From contig OZ024740.1 in NCBI GenBank assembly GCA_964016885.1, positions 390,910,001 through 390,974,000 on the forward strand: a stretch of 64,000 bases of DNA, given 5' to 3'. This DNA comes from Eledone cirrhosa (taxonomy: Eukaryota). Below are positions 26,021 to 40,066 of the stretch, piece by piece. The translations under genes were made by a program, and so were the position numbers. Positions within the stretch are counted from its first letter, which is position 1; the number at the start of each line of letters is the position of its first letter. The notes under the pieces were generated by a model. It made no database searches and was not told the DNA's origin. It saw only the letters and a program-made list of their open reading frames with translations.

Positions 26021-26786
26021 AATGAAAATAAACAAAGTGGAGCCATATGCTTATGACATGGAAAATGTTAATTTTTCCAAATATGGCAGTGGGAAAGAGG
26101 AAGGACAGAGAAAAACTTCCATAAGTGAAATATAAAAGAAAATTTCAATGGAACTTACACAGTTCAAATGTTGTATTGAAGTTGACATAACTTCCAGAAA
26201 AGTTCTTGGTGGAAAAGCAAGCCATGATAAAATCACCCAGTAGACTTTGTAAAGTGGCTGGTGATCGAACAGAGACAATGTAAAAAAGAGGACTTTTTAG
26301 TCTTGTCAAGAACATGATAAAATATACCCAGCACACTCTGTAAAGTGGTTGGTGACTGAATAGAAACAATGTAGGAGCATCCAGCCATAGAAACCAAGCC
26401 AAAATTTGGAACGTATGATCATGATGTGGTAACCGACCCACGTAAGAGAGCAATAACTCCAAAAAAGAATTATCTTGGTAACAACTAGTCCAACCCATGC
26501 CAGAATAGAAAACCCTGGATTTAAAATGATGACAATGATGAATATGATGGATATGATGATGATAATAATGATGATGATACATAGATTTATTTTTTTGGTA
26601 TAATGGCAGGAGGAAATTTAGACCCTTTCCTAAAAATGGATTCTATTTCCGATTTAAAGTCTAATGGTACATGCACAAATGAAGATTGAAAGCTATTAAA
26701 ATACTAAACTCAATATGGGAATATGATGATGGAAAGTGGGAGGGTAGTAAAGAGACTGGTTAATAAGGAAATGAGGACAAAATGTT

Positions 26787-27505
26787 TAACCCTTTTTATA
26801 CCAAACTGCTTGAATCCACCCTCCTGTTCTATGATATAAAACTGTTTGTTAACCCTTTCAATCCCAACCTACCTGAAACAACCCAGGTTCTATAATACAA
26901 TACTGTTTGTTTTACAGTGTTTACATTTATATTATAAATCTTCCATCATAAGTTTATCAAAGAAATTTGTGTGCAGTTATGTTCCAAACACCAGTTTAAT
27001 AGTGAGCAAATTATTTTATTAAATTCATCCAAATTTTTTATTACTTTCAAAATTAATTGAAACACATTGACAGTGTATTTCATTAAAAATAATGCAATAG
27101 AAGGGGTTGTTTTTATCTAAAAACTTTCCATCATGATTGTATATCAAATCTGTTAAGTTATGTTCCAAACACCAGCTTAATAAGGAGAGGTAGTTTACTA
27201 AATCTCTCGAGATTCCTCATTATTTTAACTTTTTTGACACAAACTACCAGAAACCATTCCTGGCTCTATTTAGTTATACCACTAAATCCCTCCAAATGTT
27301 TGATTATTTGAAAAATTAATTAAAAAGCATAAGCAGTGTCTTTCTTTAAAATATGGTACTGAAAGGGTTAAAGACAAACTGTTTTTCATTAGAAATACGG
27401 TAATGAAAGGGTTAAAGACATGGTGTTTTTCTTTAGAAATATGTTAATGAAATGGTTAATGATATAGACAGTGTCTTTCATTAGAAATATGGTAATGAAT
27501 GAGGT
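26787..27505. mobile_element. Nested TTAA-MITEs of family B with tandemly repeated right end
   Basis: TTAACCCTTT termini at 26787 and ~26849. The AATATGGTAATGAAAGGGTTAA end is repeated about 4 times at 27340-27505. More than ten family-B copies occur in the window. Confidence 0.7.
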
Positions 27506-27639
27506 AAAGCAAAAATATTAGTATTGGGGCTTTGGTAGATTTTTTTCAAGTAAAATAGAAAACTAAGATAATTGATGAAAAATGATGATAGATTAAATAA
27601 AAAAAGTTTTCAAAATATATCTTTATACTGAAACAGGAT

Positions 27640-28035
27640 ATATGAAGACTGGACAAATACAAGTTGAGCATGCTCCTGTAGATTTGTAATAGATTAGTGT
27701 GCTTGAATGATGAAGCATAGATGAATTGAGTGAAAAACTAGACATAAGAGAAATCAGATGTAGTGTGCAAGAGAGAAGATTGTGCTGGTATGGACACTTA
27801 ATGTGTATGGATGATGATCATTGGGTGAAGAAGTGCTAAAAGATGCCAGTGAAAGCAAGCTGTAGTAGAGGAAGACTGAAAAAGACCTGGACAGAAGTGA
27901 TGAGAGATGAACACAATATGATGAGCCACAAAGAGATGATGATGAAAGAATGCAACGAGTAGAGGGAGGCTATGCTAGAAAGGACCCATCCAACCAATGC
28001 AAGTATGGAAAAGCAGATGTATGATGATAATGATA
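27640..28035 (+). mobile_element. Old RTE-LINE 3' fragment
   Basis: Degenerate RRLCWYGHL...RGRLKKTW coding remnant and a (GAT)n tail. Confidence 0.7.
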
Positions 28036-30521
28036 TTGAAGTGATCTAGATATTAGACTAAAGTAGTTAAAACTACAGTAATTACATCGTGGAAGAGTCA
28101 TTTTAGTCACAGTTGTACTTGTCTGGCAAGTGACTTGATTTGAGACTGTTGAATCTAAAGCAATTACAACATGGATGAGTCATTTTAACCATTCAAAAAA
28201 AAAATGCACGAAAACTATTACATTTACTTTACTTTTAACACAAATTTCTTGTTATCAAAATTTCCATCACGTTATTTGCAATCTGAACATAAGTTGCTAA
28301 CAGAATGATGAAAATTTTGACACCAAGAAATAAATGATAACTGCAAAATGAAGTTAATAGTTTTTGTATGTTTTTGAATGACTAAAACAATTCTTCCATA
28401 CTGCAATCTATACATATATACATTAATATGGCAACATACACATGCACACATGATGTGTATGTCATTTTTGAGAGTGCAATTATTGAATAAGTAAACATGC
28501 TTATGTAGCTATGCTAAATAATGGGAGAAAGTAGGTTTACATATAATCTAAATTTATCGGTGCTTTATGCTTTAATATAGAAAGTAAGACAAGCAAATGT
28601 TTTAAAAATCATTATAATTTATAACAGTTCGTATTGAGTATATCAGGACATCTTCACTATAACAACACTGTATATCATAGCAGAATCTCTAGATAGAACA
28701 AACCACATTGCATAGATAGTTGACTAGGTGTGGTGTAATGTGTCTATACAAGACTGGCAGGCAATCTAGAGATAACATGACAATAGCTAAACATTGCAAT
28801 TACTATCAATAATTTATTTCTGTTTTTCAGTTTAATCATAAAATACTAAGACAGGGCTTGCGTTCAATACTGGTTCGAGACACTCATTGGAGTCAGAATG
28901 GAATGTAATACAATGTATTGATCTAGTGATTATTCCAGATCAAGGGTTGGGAACCTATGGCTCTGGAGTTGCATGTGATTCTTTGGCCCACCTCAAGTAA
29001 ATCTTAGACATTCTGAAATTTCTGTTTTATTTTTATTTAGATATTAACACTTGATAGTAACCTCGCCTAAACTGGCTCTTGTTCTATAAAAGAAAGCCAT
29101 AAATTTAAATCAAATTTTCCCAACATAATCTTATGTAAGATCCATATGTTAAATCAGTGCTGGACTTACCTATATGCTAAATAAGCTATAGCTTAGAGCC
29201 ATACATGCTCAGAGGCCCTCATTTTTAATATATATTTTTTTTTTATCATTAGTTTTTATTCTTTAACACTAAATCCTCAAAAATTATATATATAATTAAT
29301 TTTTATCATTAATATTAATATAAAAAATAATAATCATGTATCATCATCCTTATTGTTAACATCCATTTTCCATGCTAGCATGGGTTAGACAAGTCAGGTG
29401 ACCATGTCTTGCTTATACAGAACTGTTTCTGGCTTGGTTTCTAAGGCTGGATGCTCTTCCTAATGGCATTATAATTATATTAATTTATTTAGAAAAAGGC
29501 CTTAAATTTCATATAACTTAGGGCCTCAGCAGGTGAAATTCTGGCTCTGCGTTAAGTTAGTATTTTAGTAATCAAATAATTTATACTTTTAGTAATCTGT
29601 CAAAATTCTACATTAATTAGTTGAAATAGAATGTCTTTCTTTAGAAATATGATCACAAAAGAATTATTATTATGACAGATATTGTTGGCCTTGTGCCTAA
29701 ATCAGAAACAGTTATGATATAGAGATTGAGGCAATGAAGATTCAAAGCCAAAATTCACATCAAGTAAGAAATATTCCTGTTATCATGTATGTATTTCCGT
29801 GTTTAATAAATTATGTGGCTCTGATTGTAACATAAATAATTATGTCTCAATTATTTATAGCATTATTTGTCTTTCAATGTCTCTTTAGAACATGGATAGA
29901 TAAATGTTACTGAACTACAGTTTTGATAATGATATCAAACCATCTGAAACTGCTCTTGGTTCCATGATACAAAACTTTGTTTTAAAGTGCTTATATTTAT
30001 CTAAAAACCTTCCATCATAATTTCATGTAAGAACCTTTAAGTTATGCTCACAAACACCAGCTTAATGAGAAAGTTATTTTACTAAATGCCTCCAATTTTC
30101 AATTATTTTCAAAATTGCTTGATAATATCAGGCAGTGTTTTCATTGGAAATATGGTAATGAAAGGGTTAAAAGATTTCCTGAAATGAAGAATTAGTGAAG
30201 TTGACTTGTCTTTCGAATGTCATGAAGATGTTTTCTAATTATTTACAGTATATCTAGACTAAGTCTGATTATGGTGCACAGGAGTGATATTACAATGAAG
30301 GAAAGCCATGACTGTATTGAATTGTACCATAATGTAAAGACTGTGTATTGAACGCCAGCCGTGTTTATATCCTAAACATCTACTACAAACAGTAGCGACA
30401 CTTTCCTGAGCTCCTCCAACCGGTAACTTACCGTAAGATCTGAGGCGAAGACAGGGGGAGAGCTTCCCAGAAGAAAGGTAGGTGGGTAGAAAGACGACTG
30501 GTCCTCAGGAGAGTTACTTAC

Positions 30522-30640
30522 TGTAACATTTGGACTGTGTGTGAAAACTGGGGGAGAGGTCCCAGGAAGAAATGTGGGTGTGTAGAATGATGGCTGGCTC
30601 CCTGCCGTATTGCGCCGCAATGGACTTGGTGGACTGAAAG
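30522..30640 (-). CDS. CCDC6: CCDC6 exon (AFSPPSPLRRNTAGSQPSFYTPTFLPGTSPPVFTHSPNVT); alternative donor extends it to 30432
   Basis: Long pyrimidine tract with TTTTTAG acceptor, phase 1 in and phase 0 out. GTAAGT donors at 30521 and 30431, 90 nt apart. GC-rich relative to the intron. Confidence 0.85.
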
Positions 30641-33600
30641 CTAAAAAGGAAGAGGAGAAGGAAAAAAAGGAAAAGAAAAAAGGGGGAAGTGCAAATATAT
30701 ATATATTAATTAAACAAATTTGCAAATTATCAAGGTTTTGTGGGGGAGTCTAAACATTCCAGAACTGTTTAAAGACTTTGTAAATTAACTCTAAACATCC
30801 TGTATCAAATGAAAGCACATTAGCAAGACATTCTTGAAAAGTACAAAACAGCACTATGACTGCATTACATTAAAAATCTAAGTCTGCTTTAGCTTACTGC
30901 AATTTTCATAATGATCTGTCAACTAGTAAAGATACCATAAACATTTGAATTAACAAACATCATTTTTTTAGATATTTTCTGCTAAATCATTACAGGATGT
31001 TATGTGTTAATTAGTAACTTTGCATATGCAACATTATTTTTAGAAAGATTTTTAAAAAATGACTACATCACATTAATTAAAATCTGCACTCTAATACTGA
31101 ACATTTTCATAACGATTTGTCCACAAGTAAAGAAGATAAATGAACGTTTAAACTAACAATCTGTTTTTTAGATATTTTCTGCTAAATCATTACAGGATGT
31201 AAAGAGTTAAAAGTGAAAATTAGAAAAAAGAATTACAATGTATACTCAAATATAAGCCTATCCAAATATAAGACAACCCCCTATTTTATGTCTGAGAAAT
31301 GGGCAAAAATCCAAACCCCATTTATAAGCTGAAGCAACTAATCAACACATTATGTTTAGATGGTGATGTTTTGAAATTCTCATGAATATAAAATATATTG
31401 ATGAAGTTTAAATATTTTGCTGTTTAAAATGTTTTAAGTGTTGTTTAGAATATAGTTTTTGTTTCACAACTCCATTATGTAATGAGCTTCCATTACATTA
31501 AGTTTCAACAAGTTTCTCGAATTTTTTTTTACTTCCAGCCTCTCGAATAAGAGAACTTTGTTTAGGGATTTATAGAGTAGAAGAGGAGTGGGGACAGCAA
31601 GTGAGAGAGTCGAGAGACAGAACAAGAAAAACAGAAGGGAGCAGCTAAAAGGGCAAGAGAGCAAGAGCAATAAAATAAAATCAGAAGTAAGATTGAAAGA
31701 AAAGATATTGTCAGAGAAAAACATGTATATGTGTGGGCGTATGTGTGAGAGTGTATGTGTATGAGATATTTATGTATTAAAAAGTTCAAATTATAAAAGT
31801 TTGTTGGAAATACTTTCAAGAGAATGCATAAACAACACCAACGACGTTTAACCCATGCTAGAGTGAAAAAAATGGACGTTAAATAGTGATGATGACAATG
31901 TAGTAAATGTAGAAAAACAGAAAATAATCACTCCAGATATTTTAGCATCTTGTTTACATAGAATTTGAAGGTGGTGAAAATCGTCAGAATATTGACCCCG
32001 AATATAAGCCGTAACTAAAATATAGTAAACAGACTATTGTACTAAGATGATGCAGCATTGTATTGATTCTAAAGAAGAGGAAAATTAAGGTTTCGTGTTT
32101 TTAAGTTTTGAATAACAATGTAGGAAAAGATGATAACTCAGAGATTATTGGTATTCTATAGTATATTACTAATTTTCAGCATGGGAAGATGAAAAATTAT
32201 TTACTTGAGTAGAATTTTAGTCAGAAACTTAAAAATTTAACAACTCTAGATGTCTATGTTAGTGTGTTTTACAGTATATTACTAACTTTCAGCATGGAAA
32301 GGTAAAAAAATGTTATTTACTAGGGTAGAATTTAGTCAGAAACCTGTAAATTTAACAACTCTGGTCCTCTATGTTCAATGAATGATTCACTGCCCTAATC
32401 AATTGATATCGTAAATAGGTTTGTTTTGCTTTCTAACCCTTTTGATACTATATTCTAAAGTGTTTACATTTATCTAAAAACCTTCCATCATAGTTTTTAT
32501 GTTAAGTTATGCTTCAAACACCAACTTAATAATGAGAAAGTTAGCTATATTATTAAATCGCTCCAAATTCTTGATTATTTGAAAATTATAAGCAGTCTGT
32601 CATTAGAAATATGTTAACAAAATGATTAAATCATTTCCCTAATCAATTAAATGTTCATTAGACTACAACAATCTGACATTTTTGTGAGGAAGAGAATAGC
32701 TTCATCCTCATTTTACATTTGTTTTTCCATCCTGGAAGAGATTGAACTTGTTAGAGATCAAGTCAGTACTTAATTGAAACTATTGTCCTCCTAAATGGGG
32801 TAGTGGACTACGTCTCATTCAACACATGCCATTTCGGCATAATGTCGACATGCCCATACAAATGACGACCACTTTACACAGTGCACTGGTTGCATTTTAT
32901 CACAACACCAACACTAGGGAGGTTGCTATGTCCTTCATGTGACAGAAGAATCCTCTCTATCCCTTTTGAACATGGTTTCTATAGATGGATGCTCTTCCTA
33001 ATGCCAACCTCTTTACAGAGTGTACTGGGTACATTTTATGATGGTCCCAACACCAAAGGTTGTTACTGGTTGAATTTTAGATATATTTGGTAGAAACCTC
33101 AAATAATTTACAGCAACTTATGAAAACTATTTTACTTATTCAGTAGAGATTATCAGAATTCATTAACAAACTATAAGAGTGCCTGTATGTATATGTGTGT
33201 GTGTGTGTGCATGGTGATCAAACAATATAAACAGGATAAGTGTTAAGGGCCAAAACATTCGCTTGAGGAGCGTTTCTTCTGACAGCTTTCTACTGCCCAG
33301 CTCACCAGAGAGTCTCTTACCACTATGGCAAACAACAGATATGAAGGTTGTATTAGGAAATAAAATATTGTCATTGATTTAAGATATTTCTAAAGAAATA
33401 ATAAAATACTAAGCAAGTTTAATTTGATTATCTCTTTAACCCCTTTGTTACTACATTTCTAATGAAAGACACTGCCTATGATTTTCAAATCATTTTGAAA
33501 ATAATCAAGAATTTGGAGGGATTTATTAATATAACTAACTGTCTCATTATTAAACTAGTGTTTAAAATTATGGTGGAAGATTTTTTTTTTTTAGATAAAT

Positions 33601-35816
33601 ATAAAGTCCAACCAATCTTTTCTGACAAGGAAAGCAAATGTTAAACAATAATAAACACTTTAAAATATACAGCCTTGTATAATAGAACCAAGGGCAGTTT
33701 CAGGTGTTTTACTATCAAAAGGATAACAATGTTAGTGCTTATATGTGAACATTTTATTTTAACACATTATTGTAACAATCTTGTACAATACATTGATATA
33801 TAATAATTTTCCATGTTTAGCCCTTTTGATATCAAACTAACTGAAACTAGCCCTGGTCTTACAATGTCTAACTATATATTTTAAGAACCTTTGTTATGTT
33901 ATGCTCCAAAAACCAAAGTTAATTATATTATTAAATCCTAATTTCTTGATAATTTAAAAATATTTTGAAAATCCTAGGCAGTGTTTTTCATTGGAAATAT
34001 GGTTAACAAAAAGGTTAAAATAGTGTTATGAAAAGAATTAATTGAAGCGGGTAATTGCTTGAGGTTAAACAGTCAGTAGATTAAACTGCTATTGAAGGTT
34101 CAACTCTGTAGAAATGGGTTATTGTTTACAAAAAACACAATTAATAAACAGAAGAAATATGAATAACACTACACTATCTTAATTTCTTTATTAGATAATC
34201 ATTTAGACTAATAATGACCTAATGAAGTGAAGGTGTGTGTGGCCTAGTGATTAGGTTGTTGGGCTCAATCTTAAGTTCATGAGTTTGATTCCTGAACCAG
34301 ACAGAACATTGTGTTCTTGAGCAAGATATTTTATTTTATATTACTTTAGTTCATTCAACTGGGAATAAATAAGTACCAGTAGCAGCAGGTGGGGTGGGGG
34401 TTGGGTAAGGGTGTAGCCATGTCACAGGCAGTCAGTCAGGTATTTCATTCTCAATGAAACAAGGATAATATCTGGTCTGGGACAGACTTCAGGGGGGTTT
34501 CTAACAGTAGAAATTTTAGCAGGCAGAGCAGCCAGAAATACTCCTTTATTGACTCATCAATTACGTTGTGCTTTAAACAAGAGCATTATATATTTCAGTA
34601 AAGAAAGCTAACATCTAGCAATTCTACTTCACAGTTAATGGCTATAAAGATTAACCTGTTTGATACTAAACCAGCTGAAACATTTTCTGCTTCCATAATA
34701 CTAAGCTGTTTATTTTAAAATGTTTATATTTATCTCAAAACCTTTCATCATAATTTTATGTAAGAATCTTATGTTCCAAACACCAGCTTAATAATCCCTC
34801 CAAATTCTCTATTTTTGAAAATGCTTTGAAAATTATGATATACTGAAACAACTTTTGTTTATTAAGGAGTTTTCAGATTACCTTATTAATTCCTTACCTT
34901 TGATTTGAAACAATAAGTGTTTTTAAAACAATAAGTCTTATTAAAATTTTGAGACCTTCACAGGCACATGCATTTAGGAAAGTTATTGTTCCAAACCAAA
35001 CAAAGAACTAACAAGGAAATATGAAAGATCCTTAAGAAAAGACAAAATAAATAACTTGAGCTCTGTCATGTTTACAATAGAATATATTTTCCTCCACTGA
35101 TTTTCTTACCTCTTCCCTACCTTTTTGTTTTCACTTCTCACTCCCTATTTTATTATTTCTTTTCTGATGAAAAGACTAAAGTCTGAAATGTTGCTGATAT
35201 TCTTAATCCCTATCTGCTGACCATTAAACTATTGACAAATATCATAATTTGTTTTCTGTGTTTACTCTAATGTTTTTGACTATTGTTGACCTTGCATGAT
35301 GTAATTTGTATATGCAATATAGCACCCAATAGTTTCATAATCTAACAAAGCTTGCAAAATTGCAAGTGGTAGCTCTTAGTCATATTTTTGTAAGCTATCT
35401 TATAGCAACTGATTATACTTGCAGTTATTTTCTGTGCTTTATCATCCTACATCTTATAAATTTATTTCCTCAATGCTTCTTAAGTTTGAAAATTTGAGCT
35501 TCATGCACGTTTATACACACACACACACACGACAAACAGGATATTTTCAAGTGAATAGATTACAAAATAGGGTAGATAAGTGAGCCATAGTAACTAGTTT
35601 AAATTAATGTTATTAATATTAGTAAAAAAATTCGTGAAACAAGTGTGAAAGGAAAAACAATGTTCAAAGCTTAATATGTGTCTCCAAGACACAAATTCTG
35701 TTCCACGAAAAGAACCAGACTAATATCGCGAGACAATCTGAATTATATTTGGTAGAGAATACAAAGGATTATTTTAAACACTTTTTTTTTTTTTTGCAGA
35801 TGTTACCTTAACTTAC

Positions 35817-35855
35817 CAAAGTGCAATATACGCAGTATAGGGAGACAATCCACAA
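35817..35855 (-). CDS. CCDC6: Candidate 39-nt CCDC6 cassette exon (VVDCLPILRILHF)
   Basis: TTTTTCTTCATCTTTAG acceptor and TTG|GTAAGT donor. Phase 1-1, open in frame. Confidence 0.5.
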
Positions 35856-36539
35856 CTAAAGATGAAGAAAAATTGTATTATCAATAAACTTATCTCAGCA
35901 TAAAACTGCCTACACTAATATCATTTCTAACATTAATCACTCTCTCCTATCTATCACCCCCTCATCATGCCTATTTACTGTTTCTCCCATCATACTCCCA
36001 CACTCCTCATGTCGTTACATATATCATTCAGCTTTTCTCTATCCACACTCTGGGCCACATTGAAGGAGTCACTACATTTTTATCGTGTGTCATGTTGAAA
36101 GAGTGATTCCTCTTTTAGTCTTGTATATCATGGTATTCTCGTTAGTGCTGGTGCCACAATGAAATGCACCCATTACACTCTGTAAAGTGGCAACAACCAA
36201 ACTGGGACCATGTAGAGTTAAGAGGACCCTTCAGTCTTGTTGAGGACATAAGAACCTCTATAGTGCTGGTGCCATGATAATATGCACCCAGTACACTCTG
36301 TAAAACGGCTGGTGTTAGGAAGGGCTACAAGCTGTAGAAACTATGCCAAAATATGAAACGTATAAATAAGACATGGCTGCTCTAACACGTCGAATCCATG
36401 ACAACATAGGAATTGGACGTATGATGATGATATTGATGTATCACATTAAAATCAATCAGTTGACCCACAATACATCTAACATTTTGCATTTATCAATGTA
36501 TATGTAAGTGATTGAAGGACTGAGCTTGATTAATGATTT

Positions 36540-37665
36540 CATGTAGCTAATACCTCATTACATGTAGCTAACATTACATTTTATGTGGCTAATATCTCGG
36601 ATGTGGCTAATCCCTTATTACAAATGGCTAATACCTTATAACATGTAGCTAAGACCTCATTACACATGTAGCTAAGACCTCATTACACGTGGCTAAAACC
36701 TCATTAGACGTGGCTAAAACCTCATTAGACGTGGCTAATACCTCATTAGGCGTGGCTAATACCTCATTAGGCGTGGCTAATACCTCATTAGGCGTGGCTA
36801 ATACCTCATTAGACGTGGCTGATACCTCATTAGACGTGGCTGATACCTCATTAGACGTGGCTAATACCTCATTAGACGTGGCTAATACCTCATTAGGCGT
36901 GGCTAATACCTCATTAGACGTGGCTAATACCTCATTAGGCGTGGCTAATACCTCATTAGGCGTGGCTAATACCTCATTAGGCGTGGCTAATACCTCATTA
37001 GACGTGGCTGATACCTCATTAGACGTGGCTAATACCTCATTAGACGTGGCTAATACCTCATTAGGCGTGGCTAATACCTCATTAGGCGTGGCTAATACCT
37101 CATTAGGCGTGGCTAATACCTCATTAGACGTGGCTAATACCTCATTAGACGTGGCTAATACCTCATTAGACGTGGCTAATACCTCATTAGGCGTGGCTAA
37201 TACCTCATTAGGCGTGGCTAATACCTCATTAGGCGTGGCTAATACCTCATTAGACGTGGCTGATACCTCATTAGACGTGGCTGATACCTCATTAGACGTG
37301 GCTGATACCTCATTAGACGTGGCTGATACCTCATTAGACGTGGCTGATACCTCATTAGACGTGGCTAATACCTCATTAGACGTGGCTAATACCTCATTAG
37401 ACGTGGCTAATACCTCATTAGACGTGGCTAATACCTCATTAGACGTGGCTAATACCTCATTAGACGTAGCTAATACCTCATTAGACGTAGCTAATACCTC
37501 ATTAGACGTAGCTAATACCTCATTACATGTAGCTAATACCTCATTACATGTAGCTAATACCTCATTACATGTAGCTAATACCTCATTACATGTAGCTAAT
37601 ACCTCATTACATGTAGCTAATACCTCATTACATGTAGCTAATAACTCATTACATGTGGCTAATGT
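36540..37665. repeat. 21-bp minisatellite, about 50 copies (GTGGCTAATACCTCATTAGAC); 4 more copies at 38165-38250
   Basis: Directly visible. It accounts for the 329-aa VANTSLD ORF. Confidence 0.97.
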
Positions 37666-39953
37666 CCAATTCTTTTAGAATATAACCAAAGAAAACTCTA
37701 CACAGGCATGTTTAATCTAAGCTGCAAGCTAAAGGAAAACTCTGCACAGGCATGCTTTATGTAAGCTTTAGGCTAAAAAACAGTTTTTCACAAGCATGTT
37801 TTATATAATTAGTAACTACAGCTGTTACTTGCAATCGAGTATGATGTGGTAGTATGTACCATGCTTTTCCTAATAGTTTTAAGTGCCCATGCAGTCGTGA
37901 GCTGACAAAGATGCCCGCTTAACCCTCACTCCTTTGATCCAGAACATCCAGGATGTGAAAGCTGAAAAGAGAGAGAGGACTGCACCAGCATCAGGCTGAT
38001 ACTTTCTTTACCAACCCTGAAAATATGAACAGCAAAAGAGACCTCAGCAGAATTTGAACTCAGAGAGCAGAGATCCAGCACAAATAGCCAATGTTTTAAT
38101 AACACAGTCACCTCTAACTAGTAAGCTACAGAAAATTAAACTATAATGTGTGGAACAAATTCATATGGCTAATGCCTCATTACATGTAGCTAATACCTCA
38201 TTACATGTAGCTGATACCTCATTACATGTAGCTGATACCTCATTACATGTGGCATTACATTATATAGAGATTTAGCCATAATTATATGCAGCAAAACATT
38301 GTTCAATGCTCTACTTATGCTGCCAATCCCCCACCCTGGCTAGTTTAATAATGAGAAAGTTATATTACTAAATCTCTCCAAATTGTTGATTATTTTCAAA
38401 ATGATTTGAAAATCATAGGCAGTGTCTTTTATTAGAAATATGGTAACAAAGGGGTTTAACTTTTGTAGCTGGATACCTATCCTTCCTAACCATGGGTCAG
38501 TAAAGTGAGAGAGAAATATATTTTTGTTCTTATCAAGGTGAACTACATACAATAGAACCATTATAGCCAATAGTATAGAAACTATACTTTGAGTATAATA
38601 ATATTATCATAAGATCTAACACTTTTGATACCAAACCACCTTGGGTTCTACAATATTAGGTTGTTTCTTTTAAAGTATTTATATTTATTTTAAAACCTTC
38701 CAACATTAATTTAATAATGAGAAAGTTAGCTATATATTGTAACAATATAGAGTTTATTTGGAGATGCTTTTAAGAAATTTTGTTTTAATGTGTATTCTAG
38801 AACCAGAGTATAAATTGCCTTGAGATTCTGAATGTGTTGATAAAAGAGGAGTTAAACAAGAAGCATTTAAGGCCATTTATCCCTATATGGCAGGGGTTAG
38901 CCTTGCGGGATCCACATAAGCTTAATACTCATCCTTTTTGAGGCAACACTTAAGAGCTGGATGCCTTTCCTAGCACCAACACTCTTAGTTATTTCTTACA
39001 GCATGCAGGGAGATACTAGATTCATATTGTAAATTGTCAAGAATATTGAATACCTTGCTAATGAAAGAAAAAGAAATAAGAGAATATGATCTGAATATGT
39101 TGTGTATTGGACATCCTTGTTCTACCTGATTTGATCAACAGGATAATCTGCTCATGAAATTAGTATGCAAATGGCTGAACATTCCACAGACACATATACT
39201 CGTAATGTAATTCTCATGGAGATTCAGTATGACAAAGTGTATGACAAGGCTGGCTCCTTAAATTTCAATTACTATTAATTCTTTCCATTTGAGTAGACTG
39301 AAGCAATATAAAATAAAGTGTTTTTCCTCAAAGATACAAAATGAAACTGGGAATCAAACTCATAGCCTTACAACAATGAGCCAAACAACCTAACCAATAA
39401 GTTACATGTCTTCACAAATTTGAATATATCCCCCTTGAAAAATGCCTGTAGTTTTAAAACAACAATCAATGACTAATTTCTAAGACAAAATAAAAATGAG
39501 GAAATTGAATTAGGAAATATATGTAAACCAGAAAGGTTTCCAGAAAATTCTAAATTTAATTTAAAAAAAAAAAAATTCATCAAAAATTCATTAAAATATG
39601 TAATCAAATAAGAAAAGTCATCAAGCAAAGGAATTTGAAAAAAGCCAAAATGTGATGTGCATCTTTGTTGTGGTGGAGGTGGTGCAAAAACGAGACCAGT
39701 GAAAAGTGAAGATTTATAGAAAAAAAATAACAATAGTAGTAATAATAAATTCATTCAAGTAATGTAAACAATATAGGGAGTAAATAATTTTGTGATGATA
39801 AATAAAGTCATAGATTTTAGTCTACAACCACATTTCTAAAACTAAAAACATACCAAACAACAATAACAGTAACAACAACAAACAACAACAATCAAACAAC
39901 AACAGTAAACAACAACAATAGCAACTACAACAACAATCTTGTACAGAGCATAC

Positions 39954-39986
39954 ACCCTCCCTTCTGTGATGTCTTTGTAAAAATAC
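39954..39986 (-). CDS. CCDC6: Candidate 33-nt CCDC6 cassette exon (GIFTKTSQKGG)
   Basis: TTTGTGTAG acceptor and GTATGC donor, phase 1-1, open in frame. The upstream intron would be only 80 nt. Confidence 0.3.
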
Positions 39987-40066
39987 CTACACAAATTGTT
40001 GAAGTAGGAGAGAAGTTATATAAAAAAAAGAAATGTAAAAAAATAAATAAATATATATATATCTAC

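Noticed and set aside
32150-32375. ~113-bp direct duplication
   Set aside because: Two diverged adjacent copies with no further structure. An ordinary local tandem duplication.
36689-37678. 329-aa heptad-repeat ORF (VANTSLD)n as a protein
   Set aside because: It is the translation of a 21-bp minisatellite, starts at GTG, lies antisense inside a CCDC6 intron and has no splice or promoter support.
39604-39710. Possible CCDC6 exon: either GLVFAPPPPQQR or a hydrophobic terminal exon DAHHILAFFKFLCLMTFLI*
   Set aside because: The first reading has no AG acceptor and no GT donor. The second needs a weak AAG acceptor and its hydrophobicity is expected from T-rich DNA. Not supportable without transcripts.
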